From IMG/VR virus record IMGVR_UViG_3300011335_000219, positions 1 to 37,158 of that record: a stretch of 37,158 bases of DNA; one strand, written 5' to 3'. This document shows positions 8,880-17,784 of this stretch, piece after piece. This stretch comes from a virus. Lineage: Duplodnaviria > Caudoviricetes. Numbering within the stretch: position 1 is the first letter of the stretch; each line of letters opens with the position of its first letter. The translations under genes and the position numbers were made by a program. The notes beneath the pieces were generated by a model. That model was not told the DNA's origin and made no database searches. It saw only the letters and a program-made list of their open reading frames with translations.

Positions 8880-9024
8880 CTTGTATTTCCTCTTTGGTGA
8901 ATTTAATTTCGCCGCTGTAGCTGTAGGTTTTGATCTCTACTGCATTGAAGGCATCTGGGAATCTGGCTTGCGCCCATTCCAAGAGAATTTTCTCTGCTTC
9001 GGTGGTGGTGATTTTCAGTTCCAT
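8863..9024 (-). CDS. Hypothetical protein MELKITTTEAEKILLEWAQ... (53 aa), first gene of the replication operon
   Basis: Read by hand; strong AAAGGAG RBS. Confidence 0.75.
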   Translation of the reverse strand: MELKITTTEAEKILLEWAQARFPDAFNAVEIKTYSYSGEIKFTKEEIQDAAQN

Positions 9025-9054
9025 GTGGACTCTCCTTTAGTTGATGAGGCGTTC

Positions 9055-9087
9055 AGTGTAGCATGAAAAATAAAAGTGTGCTAAACT
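9055..9087. promoter_or_regulatory. Back-to-back divergent extended -10 promoters
   Basis: TGCTACACT on - (9055-9063) and TGCTAAACT on + (9079-9087) around an A-rich spacer between divergent operons. Confidence 0.6.
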
Positions 9088-9094
9088 TTTTGAC

Positions 9095-9382
9095 ATGCTT
9101 GAAAAAGAAATCGAAAAATATTTTGTTTGGACTGTGGAGCGCATGGGCGGCAAGACGTGGAAGTTCACCAGCCCAGGGCGCAAAGGCGTGGCTGACAGGA
9201 TCGCGTGTTTGCCTGATGGCACGACATGGTTCGTAGAGTTGAAAACAAAAGGCGGCAGGCTGAGTGAGTTGCAGAAAATTTTTATGTCGGACATGGCGTT
9301 GCTGAACCAGCGCTATGCGTGTTTGTGGACTAAGGAGCAGATTGATGGTTTCGTTACGACCGTATCAAGAGCAGGCCGCTGA
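9095..9382 (+). CDS. VRR-NUC domain nuclease
   Basis: EKEIE, KFTSPGRKGVADRI and FVELK...G.LS.LQ motifs. Confidence 0.9.
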   Translation: MLEKEIEKYFVWTVERMGGKTWKFTSPGRKGVADRIACLPDGTTWFVELKTKGGRLSELQKIFMSDMALLNQRYACLWTKEQIDGFVTTVSRAGR

Positions 9383-10697
9383 CTTCTTGTACGAGCACGA
9401 CCGCGCCATGGTGCTGGCGCCTGTGGGTGCTGGCAAGACCGCCATCACGCTCACGGCCATGGACGCCATGATCAAAGATGGCCACGTCAAGCGCTGGTTG
9501 GTGGTGGCGCCCAAGCGCGTCTGTACCGACGTGTGGCCCGTTGAAGCGGCCAAGTGGAGCAAACACTTGAAGCTGGCCATCGCGGTCGGCACGCCCAAGC
9601 AGCGCAACGATGCGTTTAACAGCGACGCCAACGTGATCGTGATCAACTACGACAACTTGCAATGGTTAGCCGATGTGTGCGGCGTCACCGGCGACGGCTT
9701 GGCCGTAGACGGCTTGGTGTTTGACGAGCTCACCAAGCTCAAGAACCCATCAGGCGCACGCTTCAAAGCGTTTGACAAGATCATCAAAGGCGTGCCCATT
9801 CGCTGGGGCTTGACCGGCAGCTTCACCAGCAACGGCCTGGAAGATGTCTTCGGCCAGTGCAAGATCATCGACCTGAGCTTGTTGGGCCGCTCCAAGGGTG
9901 CGTTCATGCAGCAATACTTCGTGCTGATCAACAAGGAATTTGGCGAGTGGGCGCCACGGGTTGGGTCGCTTGCCAAGGTCATGGACAAGATCAAACCGGC
10001 GACGTTCGTATTGGAGCCAGGCGAGTACAAGGACAAGCTGCCCCCGCTGCACGTTGTCGAGGTGCGCTGCGACTTGAGCGACCGCAAGCCCTACGAGAAG
10101 ATGAAGGCCGACTTCGTGGTGGAGTTCCCTGACGCTAAGGCGATTGCGGCCAACGGGGGTGTGGTGACCGGCAAGCTGCAACAAATGGCCAGCGGGTTCG
10201 TGTACGACACGCGAAAGCAAGCCTCCGAAACACCCGGCAAGTTTGACTCTACTACAACTGCGGTGTGGTTTAGCCCGCACAAATTTGATCGCTTGGAGGA
10301 GTTGCTCGATGAAAACCAGCACGCAAACACCATCATTGTTTACCAGTACCAAGAGGAGCTTGCCGAGCTCAAGCGCCGCTTCAACCCCACGACTCTTGAC
10401 GACGACCGAGCCATTGAGCGATGGAATGCTGGACAAGTCAGGCTACTGGCCGTCCATCCAAAGTCAGCCGGCCACGGGCTCAACCTCCAGCACGGCGGGT
10501 GTCACATGGTGTTTCTGTCCCTGCCGTGGAGTCTGGAGTTGTACGAACAGACCATTGGTCGTTTGCACCGCTCAGGCCAAGCACACGCTGTGTGGTGCTA
10601 CGTGATGATCACCAACAAGACTATTGACGAGAAAATTTTTGCCGCCTTGCATGACAAGCGGGCGGTGTCGGATATTGCAATGGAGGAACTTAAATGA
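9345..10697 (+). CDS. SNF2-like SF2 DNA helicase
   Basis: LRPYQ, GAGKT, VFDE, LTGS, SAGHGLNLQ and QTIGRLHRSGQ motifs; AAGGAG RBS before ATG 9345. Confidence 0.92.
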   Translation: MVSLRPYQEQAADFLYEHDRAMVLAPVGAGKTAITLTAMDAMIKDGHVKRWLVVAPKRVCTDVWPVEAAKWSKHLKLAIAVGTPKQRNDAFNSDANVIVINYDNLQWLADVCGVTGDGLAVDGLVFDELTKLKNPSGARFKAFDKIIKGVPIRWGLTGSFTSNGLEDVFGQCKIIDLSLLGRSKGAFMQQYFVLINKEFGEWAPRVGSLAKVMDKIKPATFVLEPGEYKDKLPPLHVVEVRCDLSDRKPYEKMKADFVVEFPDAKAIAANGGVVTGKLQQMASGFVYDTRKQASETPGKFDSTTTAVWFSPHKFDRLEELLDENQHANTIIVYQYQEELAELKRRFNPTTLDDDRAIERWNAGQVRLLAVHPKSAGHGLNLQHGGCHMVFLSLPWSLELYEQTIGRLHRSGQAHAVWCYVMITNKTIDEKIFAALHDKRAVSDIAMEELK

Positions 10698-10864
10698 CCA
10701 GACTAGAAGCCTTAAGGAAAGCGCAACTCAAAGCGGCGCGATCCATACTGAAGATTCACCGCAAGGACTTTAACGCTGCCGCGCGGACGTTACGACGCAC
10801 ACTTGACTTGATAGATAAATTGGAGGCAAAAATTGGAAATCACTTGGCGAAAACTGAACGCTGA
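10694..10864 (+). CDS. Hypothetical basic coiled-coil protein (56 aa)
   Basis: Read by hand; GGAGG RBS; ATGA overlap. Confidence 0.7.
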   Translation: MTRLEALRKAQLKAARSILKIHRKDFNAAARTLRRTLDLIDKLEAKIGNHLAKTER

Positions 10865-11024
10865 ACTCAAAACCCTGGATGAGGCCAAGGTGCTTGAGAT
10901 GCTGGCCCATGAACGTGAGTCAGGCAAAAGAGTGTCTGTGCTGGAGCGACTGCACCAGCGCTACACGGCCTTGCGGGCATCCCGCGAGCGTATTGAAATA
11001 CTACAGGAGGCAAGACGACCATGA
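10833..11024 (+). CDS. Hypothetical protein (63 aa)
   Basis: GGAGG RBS and TTG start. Confidence 0.7.
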   Translation: MEITWRKLNAELKTLDEAKVLEMLAHERESGKRVSVLERLHQRYTALRASRERIEILQEARRP

Positions 11025-11221
11025 GCAATTGGACACCCCCACCCGGCACCAAGATCACCAAACCTTGGGTTAACGTTGATCACCCGCGCTACAAGTGGAC
11101 AACCGGCGCTGACGTGCAGGAGACTTGGCGCAAGCAAGGCTGGGTACCGCCCAGCGCGAGCCTGCCCACGCCGCCGCCGGAGAAGTTTATTGAACCCAAA
11201 CCATTGCGCCGGGTGAGGTGA
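11021..11221 (+). CDS. Hypothetical Pro-rich protein (DVQETWRKQGWVPPS motif)
   Basis: GGAGG RBS; ATGA overlap. Confidence 0.7.
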   Translation: MSNWTPPPGTKITKPWVNVDHPRYKWTTGADVQETWRKQGWVPPSASLPTPPPEKFIEPKPLRRVR

Positions 11222-11224
11222 GCC

Positions 11225-11374
11225 ATGCCAGCATTTGACACATGGAGCCAAGAGAACTTGGCCAAGTTTGCTATGGAAGCCTACGCCAAGATGCAAGAGC
11301 AAGACGACCGCATCCAGCAGTTGCAAAACGATTTAAAAACCGCCATCAACGCATACCGGGAGTTGATCAAATGA
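11225..11374 (+). CDS. Hypothetical coiled-coil protein MPAFDTWSQENLAKFA... (49 aa)
   Basis: Read by hand; GAGGTG RBS; ATGA overlap. Confidence 0.7.
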   Translation: MPAFDTWSQENLAKFAMEAYAKMQEQDDRIQQLQNDLKTAINAYRELIK

Positions 11375-11586
11375 AAGACCCACAGGACTGCGCCTACCCA
11401 CAAGAGGCGCTGTGCTTGCACGACTGCAAGCAAGAGTGCCAGAAGCGCTCTGGCTGGCGCAAGAAACAAATCGACGACGCTGAGGAAGAGGCTTGGCGCG
11501 AACTGGAGAAGGCGTCAGTCATGCGTGAAGTGCAAAGGTTGGGCCAAGAGATTGAGGCGACACACGGCATAAAGGAGAACACATGA
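11371..11586 (+). CDS. Hypothetical protein (71 aa), apparently a mosaic of short motifs
   Basis: GGAG RBS; ATGA overlaps at both ends. Confidence 0.65.
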   Translation: MKDPQDCAYPQEALCLHDCKQECQKRSGWRKKQIDDAEEEAWRELEKASVMREVQRLGQEIEATHGIKENT

Positions 11587-11735
11587 AGGCAGAAAAGATG
11601 TTCTTGGCGCTGATGCGTTCCAAGGGGTTCACAGACGAGGACTTCAAGATGAACAAGGGCAGGTATGCCAATCAAGCCATGCAAAGCCGCTGGAGCTATT
11701 TTCTGGCTGGCTGGGAGATGAGGGGCGCGTTGTGA
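11583..11735 (+). CDS. Hypothetical protein MKAEKMFLALMRSKG...RWSYFLAGWEMRG (50 aa)
   Basis: Read by hand; AAGGAG RBS. Confidence 0.7.
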   Translation: MKAEKMFLALMRSKGFTDEDFKMNKGRYANQAMQSRWSYFLAGWEMRGAL

Positions 11736-11836
11736 TTGAAACCATACTTACCATATTTGCGATTGGGTTCCTTGGCATTGCGCTGGCCATCGGCGGCGTC
11801 TGCATCATGGTCTGGTTAGCGCTCAATGAAGACTAA
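11732..11836 (+). CDS. Small single-TM protein (34 aa)
   Basis: GTGA overlap; GAGG RBS; hydrophobic. Confidence 0.6.
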   Translation: MIETILTIFAIGFLGIALAIGGVCIMVWLALNED

Positions 11837-11999
11837 AGGCGGCGCCAGGCCAGGCAGCGGGCGCAAGCCCACACCCATCAGCGAGTCCAGGGCCATAACG
11901 CTGTGGAACGAAGGCGTCACCAAGAAGGAAATTGCCAAGCGCTTTGGCGTGGACTATCAGGTAATCTTGTACTTTTTTAGGCGAAAGTTCAAGAGATAA
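11826..11999 (+). CDS. Small HTH DNA-binding protein with GGARPGSGRK basic N-terminus (57 aa)
   Basis: Read by hand: TKKEIAKRFGVDYQVI HTH pattern. Confidence 0.7.
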   Translation: MKTKGGARPGSGRKPTPISESRAITLWNEGVTKKEIAKRFGVDYQVILYFFRRKFKR

Positions 12000-12465
12000 A
12001 CAGCGCGGCTTCGTCTTTGCGGCGGTTCTCAAGCCCTTTGAGCACCTTGCCGCCGGCTTTGCAGTATTGCAACAGCGACGCTATGGCCGCGTCTTTTTCC
12101 CCGCGAAGAACCTTCTGACGGAAGGTGCTGCGCTGTAGCGTTCCCAGACCAACATTGAAAGCAAAGCTGACGCAAGCATCGAATTGGCCTTGGGTAAGAG
12201 CGACGGGGATAAGCTGGCCCACACCGCGCTCAAAGCGCTGGAGATCGCTTCTGAGAATTCCATCTACTTCATCCTTGGTGAATTGTCTGTTGTCTTCCGG
12301 GCGCAAGGCAAACCCATCCCGGTCTTCAATCTTCAACTTTCCCTGCTCGGGGTACATGACATGGCCCACGCCCACGGTGTGAAGCCGTGCCGGGCACCGA
12401 TATGGCCTGTACCGCACCCCCTCATGGTGCTGGATCATCTTGATCGCATCAGCGCTGACGTTCAT
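11989..12465 (-). CDS. Endolysin, GH24 phage lysozyme
   Basis: HEG..PYRCPA..TVGVGH, QGQFDA.VSFAFNVG and GLENRRKDE motifs; ATGA overlap with holin. Confidence 0.92.
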   Translation of the reverse strand: MNVSADAIKMIQHHEGVRYRPYRCPARLHTVGVGHVMYPEQGKLKIEDRDGFALRPEDNRQFTKDEVDGILRSDLQRFERGVGQLIPVALTQGQFDACVSFAFNVGLGTLQRSTFRQKVLRGEKDAAIASLLQYCKAGGKVLKGLENRRKDEAALFIS

Positions 12466-12965
12466 TTTTTGAAGGCCTGCCCGCCAAACCAGAACGACAC
12501 GATGCAAGCCCAAATGATTTGGGTTTCATCATCCCACAGGTGATTGAGCGCCACATCAAAGGCGACGTCTGTGTGCCAGGCGTAATAAAAACCAAAAATC
12601 TCCACGAACATAAACATGGCAAACATGCCATAGGTGATGACGCTGCGGGTCGCAGCGCGCATGTTGGTCACCCATTGAGCCGCGCCTTGACCCAGCGCAA
12701 TATCGTGCGCATAGAGCGCCTGGCGCTCTTGCATGGCCGTTTGGTTGTTGGTGACCTCGGCGTTGATCTGAATCTGCTCAGTCTGGATGTGCTCAATGCG
12801 CTCTTGCGCTTCCAGGCCCGCTTTCTTTAGTGTGATCTCGCGCTCGGTTTGCATGGCGGCAAGCGCCAACTCATGCTTTTTGTCGGCGCGGTCTTGGAAT
12901 AGCTCAAGGATTTTTGGTAAGCCGCCCATCAGGAAGCTGATTAGGCTGGAGAACAGGGTTAGCAT
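12462..12965 (-). CDS. Putative holin (3TM/GTA-holin-like)
   Basis: DKKHELAL motif; two C-terminal TM segments ending SFWFGG; directly upstream of lysozyme. Confidence 0.7.
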   Translation of the reverse strand: MLTLFSSLISFLMGGLPKILELFQDRADKKHELALAAMQTEREITLKKAGLEAQERIEHIQTEQIQINAEVTNNQTAMQERQALYAHDIALGQGAAQWVTNMRAATRSVITYGMFAMFMFVEIFGFYYAWHTDVAFDVALNHLWDDETQIIWACIVSFWFGGQAFKK

Positions 12966-12967
12966 GT

Positions 12968-13423
12968 TTAGCCTTTCAGGTCAAAACTAAGGTTGGGGTG
13001 GCGTGGATACTGCACAACGCGCTCGCCTTCGGGGCATTTGTATTTGATGGTCGCCAGCAAGGTGGCTTTGCCTTCAGCAATCTTTTCTTTTCTCACCATG
13101 GTGAGTTGATATGTAAACGTGTCGATCTCTGGGCCTGCTGGGCCGCTGAATCTGCTTGCGGTGGTGGTTGCTTCATGCACCATACCATTTGCGTCCCGAA
13201 TGCTTGGGGTGAAACTCTCAACAGAACAGTCGTCGCGCTTCTTGATCCGCGCAACGGTGACGTTGATTGGCTGCCCAGCCTCTGCCACGATCTTGAAATG
13301 CTCTGGTGACCATTCAAGAATGGCCCTATCAAACCAACCAAACTTGTCGGCCAGCGTGTAGCTGCCGCCTAGAGCGGCGACACTGGCCGCAACTGCGCCA
13401 ATGGCCTTGGTGAGGTCAATCAT
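12968..13423 (-). CDS. Membrane-anchored protein in the lysis cassette
   Basis: N-terminal hydrophobic helix plus beta-rich domain with two Cys. Confidence 0.65.
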   Translation of the reverse strand: MIDLTKAIGAVAASVAALGGSYTLADKFGWFDRAILEWSPEHFKIVAEAGQPINVTVARIKKRDDCSVESFTPSIRDANGMVHEATTTASRFSGPAGPEIDTFTYQLTMVRKEKIAEGKATLLATIKYKCPEGERVVQYPRHPNLSFDLKG

Positions 13424-13644
13424 TTGTCGGCTTTGTTGTCGAGCTTGTCGAAAATCTTGCCCAGCAAGTCGCGCATCTCGCGGATGTCGGCCTTGTAGTC
13501 GTCGCGGCTCACGTAGTCGTGGGGCATGCTGCGCACGTCGCTATCCAGCCGGTCGATGGCAATGTAGATGCGGTTGAGCGTCCACCCGCCGAAGAACCCG
13601 GCGATGGCCACGGCAATGTTGAAGAGTACTTGGTAGTCCATCAT
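13420..13644 (-). CDS. Small TM + coiled-coil lysis-associated protein
   Basis: N-terminal TM; YVSRDDY...IFDKLDNKADK C-terminus. Confidence 0.7.
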   Translation of the reverse strand: MMDYQVLFNIAVAIAGFFGGWTLNRIYIAIDRLDSDVRSMPHDYVSRDDYKADIREMRDLLGKIFDKLDNKADK

Positions 13645-16274
13645 TCGGCTAAGTTGTTTTGGTTGTCAGGGGCCAAAGCGTTACGTTTAGCTGCGCGGGT
13701 CTTTGGGCCTTGCTGCTTGCCAGACACGTCAGGACGCGCAGCGCTTAAGCTCTTTTCAAGCATTTCTAACACGTCAAGCATCTGATCGCGCTTAATGGCC
13801 GCATCTCGCTTGGCCTGCTCACCCGCCACACGCTTGGAGATGTCGTCAAACATCGCGGCCTTTTCACGGGTTTTGGTAATCGTGTCTTGAATCCAAGCGC
13901 GATCCATCATCTTCTGGGCGATGGCCTTGTCGGTGAGCGACTTGAAACCTGGGGCCACTTCGGCCAGATCAACGCGGGCTTTGTCCCATGCAATCTTTTC
14001 AGTTGCGGTCAGATCAAACGCGCGAGGCACGCCGCGCTCAAACGTGGTCTCGCCTTCTTTTTTGATGATCCGCGTATATGGCTGCGCGCCCGTTTTGGGC
14101 GAAACAGTCATGGTCTTGTAAGTCGTGCTGGGCTGCTCAATTACTTGGCCCGACAACTTTTGCACCGCGCTTTCCAACGACGTTGGCGCGCCAATAATAT
14201 TTGCTTGGCCTGCTGGCGTTTCTGGCACCAAGTTGCCAGCGGCGTCAAACACCAAGTTTTCACCGCCGCGTGCGGGCCTGCGCGCAGCCGCTTCAGCTGC
14301 TGCTTGTTGAGCTTCAGCTTGCTGGCCCAATGTGCGAGACATACCCGCACGCCTGACGTCTTCCGCACGTAAGGCGTTGATGGTGCCTTCAGGGCTAGGC
14401 GCGGCCAACTGAGGTGGTGTTGGCTGCACACCTGCCCTGACTTCAGGCCCTTGGCGAGGCATTGTAAAGTTGGGGCGGCTAAACGCTTGCGCGGCAGTAA
14501 TTGGTGAACCGTCTTGAGCATAGCCCACAATATCAGTTGGTTGCACCAACGCATTGCGTGGGTCAAACGGCACAACAGCTTGGCTCTGCGGAATAGGCGC
14601 GGCGGCTGCGGCAAGTTGATTGGTAGGAATACGAAAATCTTGCAGTTGTAAACCAGCTTGGTAGCTGGGCGACGCTAATCTGTTAGCGGCAAGTTTTCCG
14701 CTTATCTCACCTAAAAGACTACCTGCCGCCGTGCCTAAAATGTACCCGGGCGTATCAAAAGCTGCACCGCCAATTAACGCGCCCGCAGTGCCGCTAATGC
14801 CAGCGCGGGTAAGGCGAGGCACACTAAAAAACTTAGACTCTGCGCTAGGTGCAAATGCTTCCGGAAAGTTACCCGCAATCCTACCCAGGGATGCGATATC
14901 ACCTGTCAGCGCGTTGTCTTTAGATGTTATCCGCGCCAACTTTGCCACGTCTACCGTGCCGGTGTTGAAATCAGTTGCACCTTCATAAGCGTAAGTACGC
15001 GCCATCTTTTGCCGCGCGTCGCGGTATTGCTCAAGCAATTTTGGGTTAGCAATACTGCCGTCAATCATTGACTCCAGTTCTGCCGCTATCTTAAGATTTG
15101 TGTCCGCAATGTCTATTGCTTCTGTGGTAGCTGATTTATTGTTGTAGGTTTTCTTTGCACGCTCACGCAAAACACTAATGTTCTTAAGCAGTGTTTCGCC
15201 GGTTAACCCCGTTTGCGTTTTTGAAATTGCATCATCAACAATTTTACTGATAGCCGGAGCGTATTCTTTAGCGCCAATAACTTCTAAATCGCTACGAATA
15301 GCTTCTAGCCTTTGAATCATTGCAGCATCAGCTTGTTGTATCGGCAGCTTCTTGACTTCATCATACGGCGCAGCCACATTGGCGCGCGCTTGTTTAAAAG
15401 GCGCAGTGCTAGTCAAGGACGTGGTAGCGTCAAGCCCCAACTCATCTTTTGCAATTTGAGTGACGCGGGGTTTGTTGACCGTAACCATAGCTTCCGGGCC
15501 GCGAGGCCCAGCAGCAAGGGAATAGCCCCGCGCCATAACTGAAGATGGGTCAATTTTTCGCGGGTCGATAACAAGTTTTAACCGCTGCGCTTCCGCAATG
15601 GCGTCTAACTCTGGTGCTCTGGCGTAAGACTCTGCCGAACGACGCTCGCGTCCTTTTTGAAGCATTGGCTCAAACGGCAGTTGCACACCTGCTCTGATGT
15701 CTTGAACTACCGGTGCCACAGCTTCTGTGACAGCCTTAGCTACTGGCGGCACAACTTTTGGCGCAGTTAGCGACAATGTTGCCATGTAACTTTCAACATC
15801 TGCTGCGGGGATACCTGTCTTTTCAGCTATAAACTTTGCGCCTTTTTGAAAGTTTTGGCCAATAAAGTCCATTACTTGACGGCCAGCTTCTTGTTGATAC
15901 TCTGGTGTTTCAGTAACGCCAAACGCTTTGCCAAATGGTTTGTCAATTGCGCCGACAAGATTTTGCGTAATGGCTTGCGCTTCCTCGGGCGACCGTTGTA
16001 AACGGGCGAGAGGATATGCAAGGTACTGCGCAGCGCCGGGAAGAATGCCGCCCAAAGTTACGTCGGCCAACGACGCTGCCGTGCGACCAAACTGTGTAGC
16101 TAGACCAGGCGCGCGTCGTGGGCCAGGAACACCAGTTGATCCGACACCACTAATTTCAAAATAAGGCGGCGCGGGCGTATCTGCACCGCCGTATTGTTTG
16201 GCAAGCGCATCGTAGTTAATGGCAGGCGCAACATCTGAGCCGCCGTATTTTTTGGCAAGAGCGTCGTAGTCCAT
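13641..16274 (-). CDS. Large internal virion / DNA ejection protein (877 aa)
   Basis: Third of three Ala/Gln-rich genes after the tail genes, at the P22 gp16-like position; glycine-zipper segment. Confidence 0.7.
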   Translation of the reverse strand: MDYDALAKKYGGSDVAPAINYDALAKQYGGADTPAPPYFEISGVGSTGVPGPRRAPGLATQFGRTAASLADVTLGGILPGAAQYLAYPLARLQRSPEEAQAITQNLVGAIDKPFGKAFGVTETPEYQQEAGRQVMDFIGQNFQKGAKFIAEKTGIPAADVESYMATLSLTAPKVVPPVAKAVTEAVAPVVQDIRAGVQLPFEPMLQKGRERRSAESYARAPELDAIAEAQRLKLVIDPRKIDPSSVMARGYSLAAGPRGPEAMVTVNKPRVTQIAKDELGLDATTSLTSTAPFKQARANVAAPYDEVKKLPIQQADAAMIQRLEAIRSDLEVIGAKEYAPAISKIVDDAISKTQTGLTGETLLKNISVLRERAKKTYNNKSATTEAIDIADTNLKIAAELESMIDGSIANPKLLEQYRDARQKMARTYAYEGATDFNTGTVDVAKLARITSKDNALTGDIASLGRIAGNFPEAFAPSAESKFFSVPRLTRAGISGTAGALIGGAAFDTPGYILGTAAGSLLGEISGKLAANRLASPSYQAGLQLQDFRIPTNQLAAAAAPIPQSQAVVPFDPRNALVQPTDIVGYAQDGSPITAAQAFSRPNFTMPRQGPEVRAGVQPTPPQLAAPSPEGTINALRAEDVRRAGMSRTLGQQAEAQQAAAEAAARRPARGGENLVFDAAGNLVPETPAGQANIIGAPTSLESAVQKLSGQVIEQPSTTYKTMTVSPKTGAQPYTRIIKKEGETTFERGVPRAFDLTATEKIAWDKARVDLAEVAPGFKSLTDKAIAQKMMDRAWIQDTITKTREKAAMFDDISKRVAGEQAKRDAAIKRDQMLDVLEMLEKSLSAARPDVSGKQQGPKTRAAKRNALAPDNQNNLAE

Positions 16275-17776
16275 TAAAGCCCCGCAGCTCTTTTAAATTG
16301 ATTGGCCGCGTCCGCATTTGGAAATGTTTTGACACGGCCATCAGGTAGCGTAACTGAATTGCTAACCGCCGCAGGCGCTGGGCCTTGGCCGGGGATTTGC
16401 GCAGCGGCAGCGCCGGGGGCAAATTTTGGCGCGGGCAGTTTAATTTGTGGCGTAAAAGGCACTTTAACGCCGCGAGTTTCTGCGTCGGTTACGTCTGTAT
16501 TAAAACGGTCGACGCGGCTCCGAACAGTTTCGCCGATACGGTTAAGAATTTGTTCCAACGCCGCAGGGTCTGTCCCTAAATTACCCAATGCTTCAGATAG
16601 CACGCGTTGCTGTTCTTGCGATGGCTGCGAATCCAACTTTTTCAAATTGTCAAGGATGCCTTCAAACAACCTTGTGCGTAGCACCGTAGCATCAGTAACG
16701 CCTTGCGTGCTAATACCAAACCCAAGTCGGTTGTTTAAGAAACTGGCCGCAGCAAGTAAAGGCTCGCCACCTTTACCCATAAACGTGCTTGCAGTCGGAA
16801 TGAGTTTTATCGCCGCGTCAATGTTTGTCAACGTGTCAGGCGCGTTGCGAAGGACTTTACGTTCGTCAGCCGCTGCTTGCACAAACTGTTTTTGCGCCTC
16901 TACACTGGCGGGCGTAAATGCGTACACATTTTGTTGCGCAGATGGCGTGTGCGTAGTTAATTTGTTAATCAACTTTGTGTACGCCACTACATCAGGATCG
17001 TTAACTGGCCGTCCTAGCGCTATTAATTTGTCCCGATCAGCTAATGCTCTGGTCAATTCAACTGGTTGAGGCGCTGGTTGTTTTAGTGCCGTATATTGTT
17101 TAAACCCTTCGGGCGTAAGGGGGAGACCTAACGCCTGCATTTCTCTTTGCGTGTCTGTTTGTCTAGACGCCAAAGCAATTCTTGCGTCCAAAGCGCGAGC
17201 CATTTCAGGCTTACCCATAGCCATGAATGCGTTTTGCTGGGCAAACAAAGTATTCACATCTAACCCGCCTGGCGTGGCCAAAGCATTTGCAGCAGGCGCC
17301 GCAGCAGGCGCAGGCGCGGCAGGCGCAAGCTGATTGACACGGGGCTCAGGGGCCATGCCAAAGGTACCTGAACCTAACGCGCCAGCTTGCATGGTTGGGG
17401 CCAACGCGTTGGTTGTTGGAGCGGCGGGGGCCGGTGCAGCAGTTGGAGTCTGGCCCATACCCATAATCCTTGCAATTTGGGCGCGCTCATCCAATTTTTG
17501 ACGCAAGCCGACACCAAACTCAACAAACTTGGGGTTGCCTGACTTGAGGTAAGCGTCAGCAATCTGGTTTATATCCGCCGGGCCACCATTTTCCACAGCT
17601 TTGGCTTGAATTTGTTGGAGCGTTGCTTCATCGCGGCGCATCTGATCAAGTTGCATCTGGCTAACTTGATTTTGATTTTGCATCGATTGAATTTGCGCAA
17701 CTTGGGCATACTGGGCCAACGGGTTGGCCACTTCAACGCCTCGGACGCCTAGCGCAATGTTTGGGTCAAGTGCCAT
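16274..17776 (-). CDS. Internal virion / ejection protein (500 aa)
   Basis: Position (gp20-like); Q/A/P-rich. Confidence 0.7.
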   Translation of the reverse strand: MALDPNIALGVRGVEVANPLAQYAQVAQIQSMQNQNQVSQMQLDQMRRDEATLQQIQAKAVENGGPADINQIADAYLKSGNPKFVEFGVGLRQKLDERAQIARIMGMGQTPTAAPAPAAPTTNALAPTMQAGALGSGTFGMAPEPRVNQLAPAAPAPAAAPAANALATPGGLDVNTLFAQQNAFMAMGKPEMARALDARIALASRQTDTQREMQALGLPLTPEGFKQYTALKQPAPQPVELTRALADRDKLIALGRPVNDPDVVAYTKLINKLTTHTPSAQQNVYAFTPASVEAQKQFVQAAADERKVLRNAPDTLTNIDAAIKLIPTASTFMGKGGEPLLAAASFLNNRLGFGISTQGVTDATVLRTRLFEGILDNLKKLDSQPSQEQQRVLSEALGNLGTDPAALEQILNRIGETVRSRVDRFNTDVTDAETRGVKVPFTPQIKLPAPKFAPGAAAAQIPGQGPAPAAVSNSVTLPDGRVKTFPNADAANQFKRAAGL

Positions 17777-17784
17777 GGTTTACC

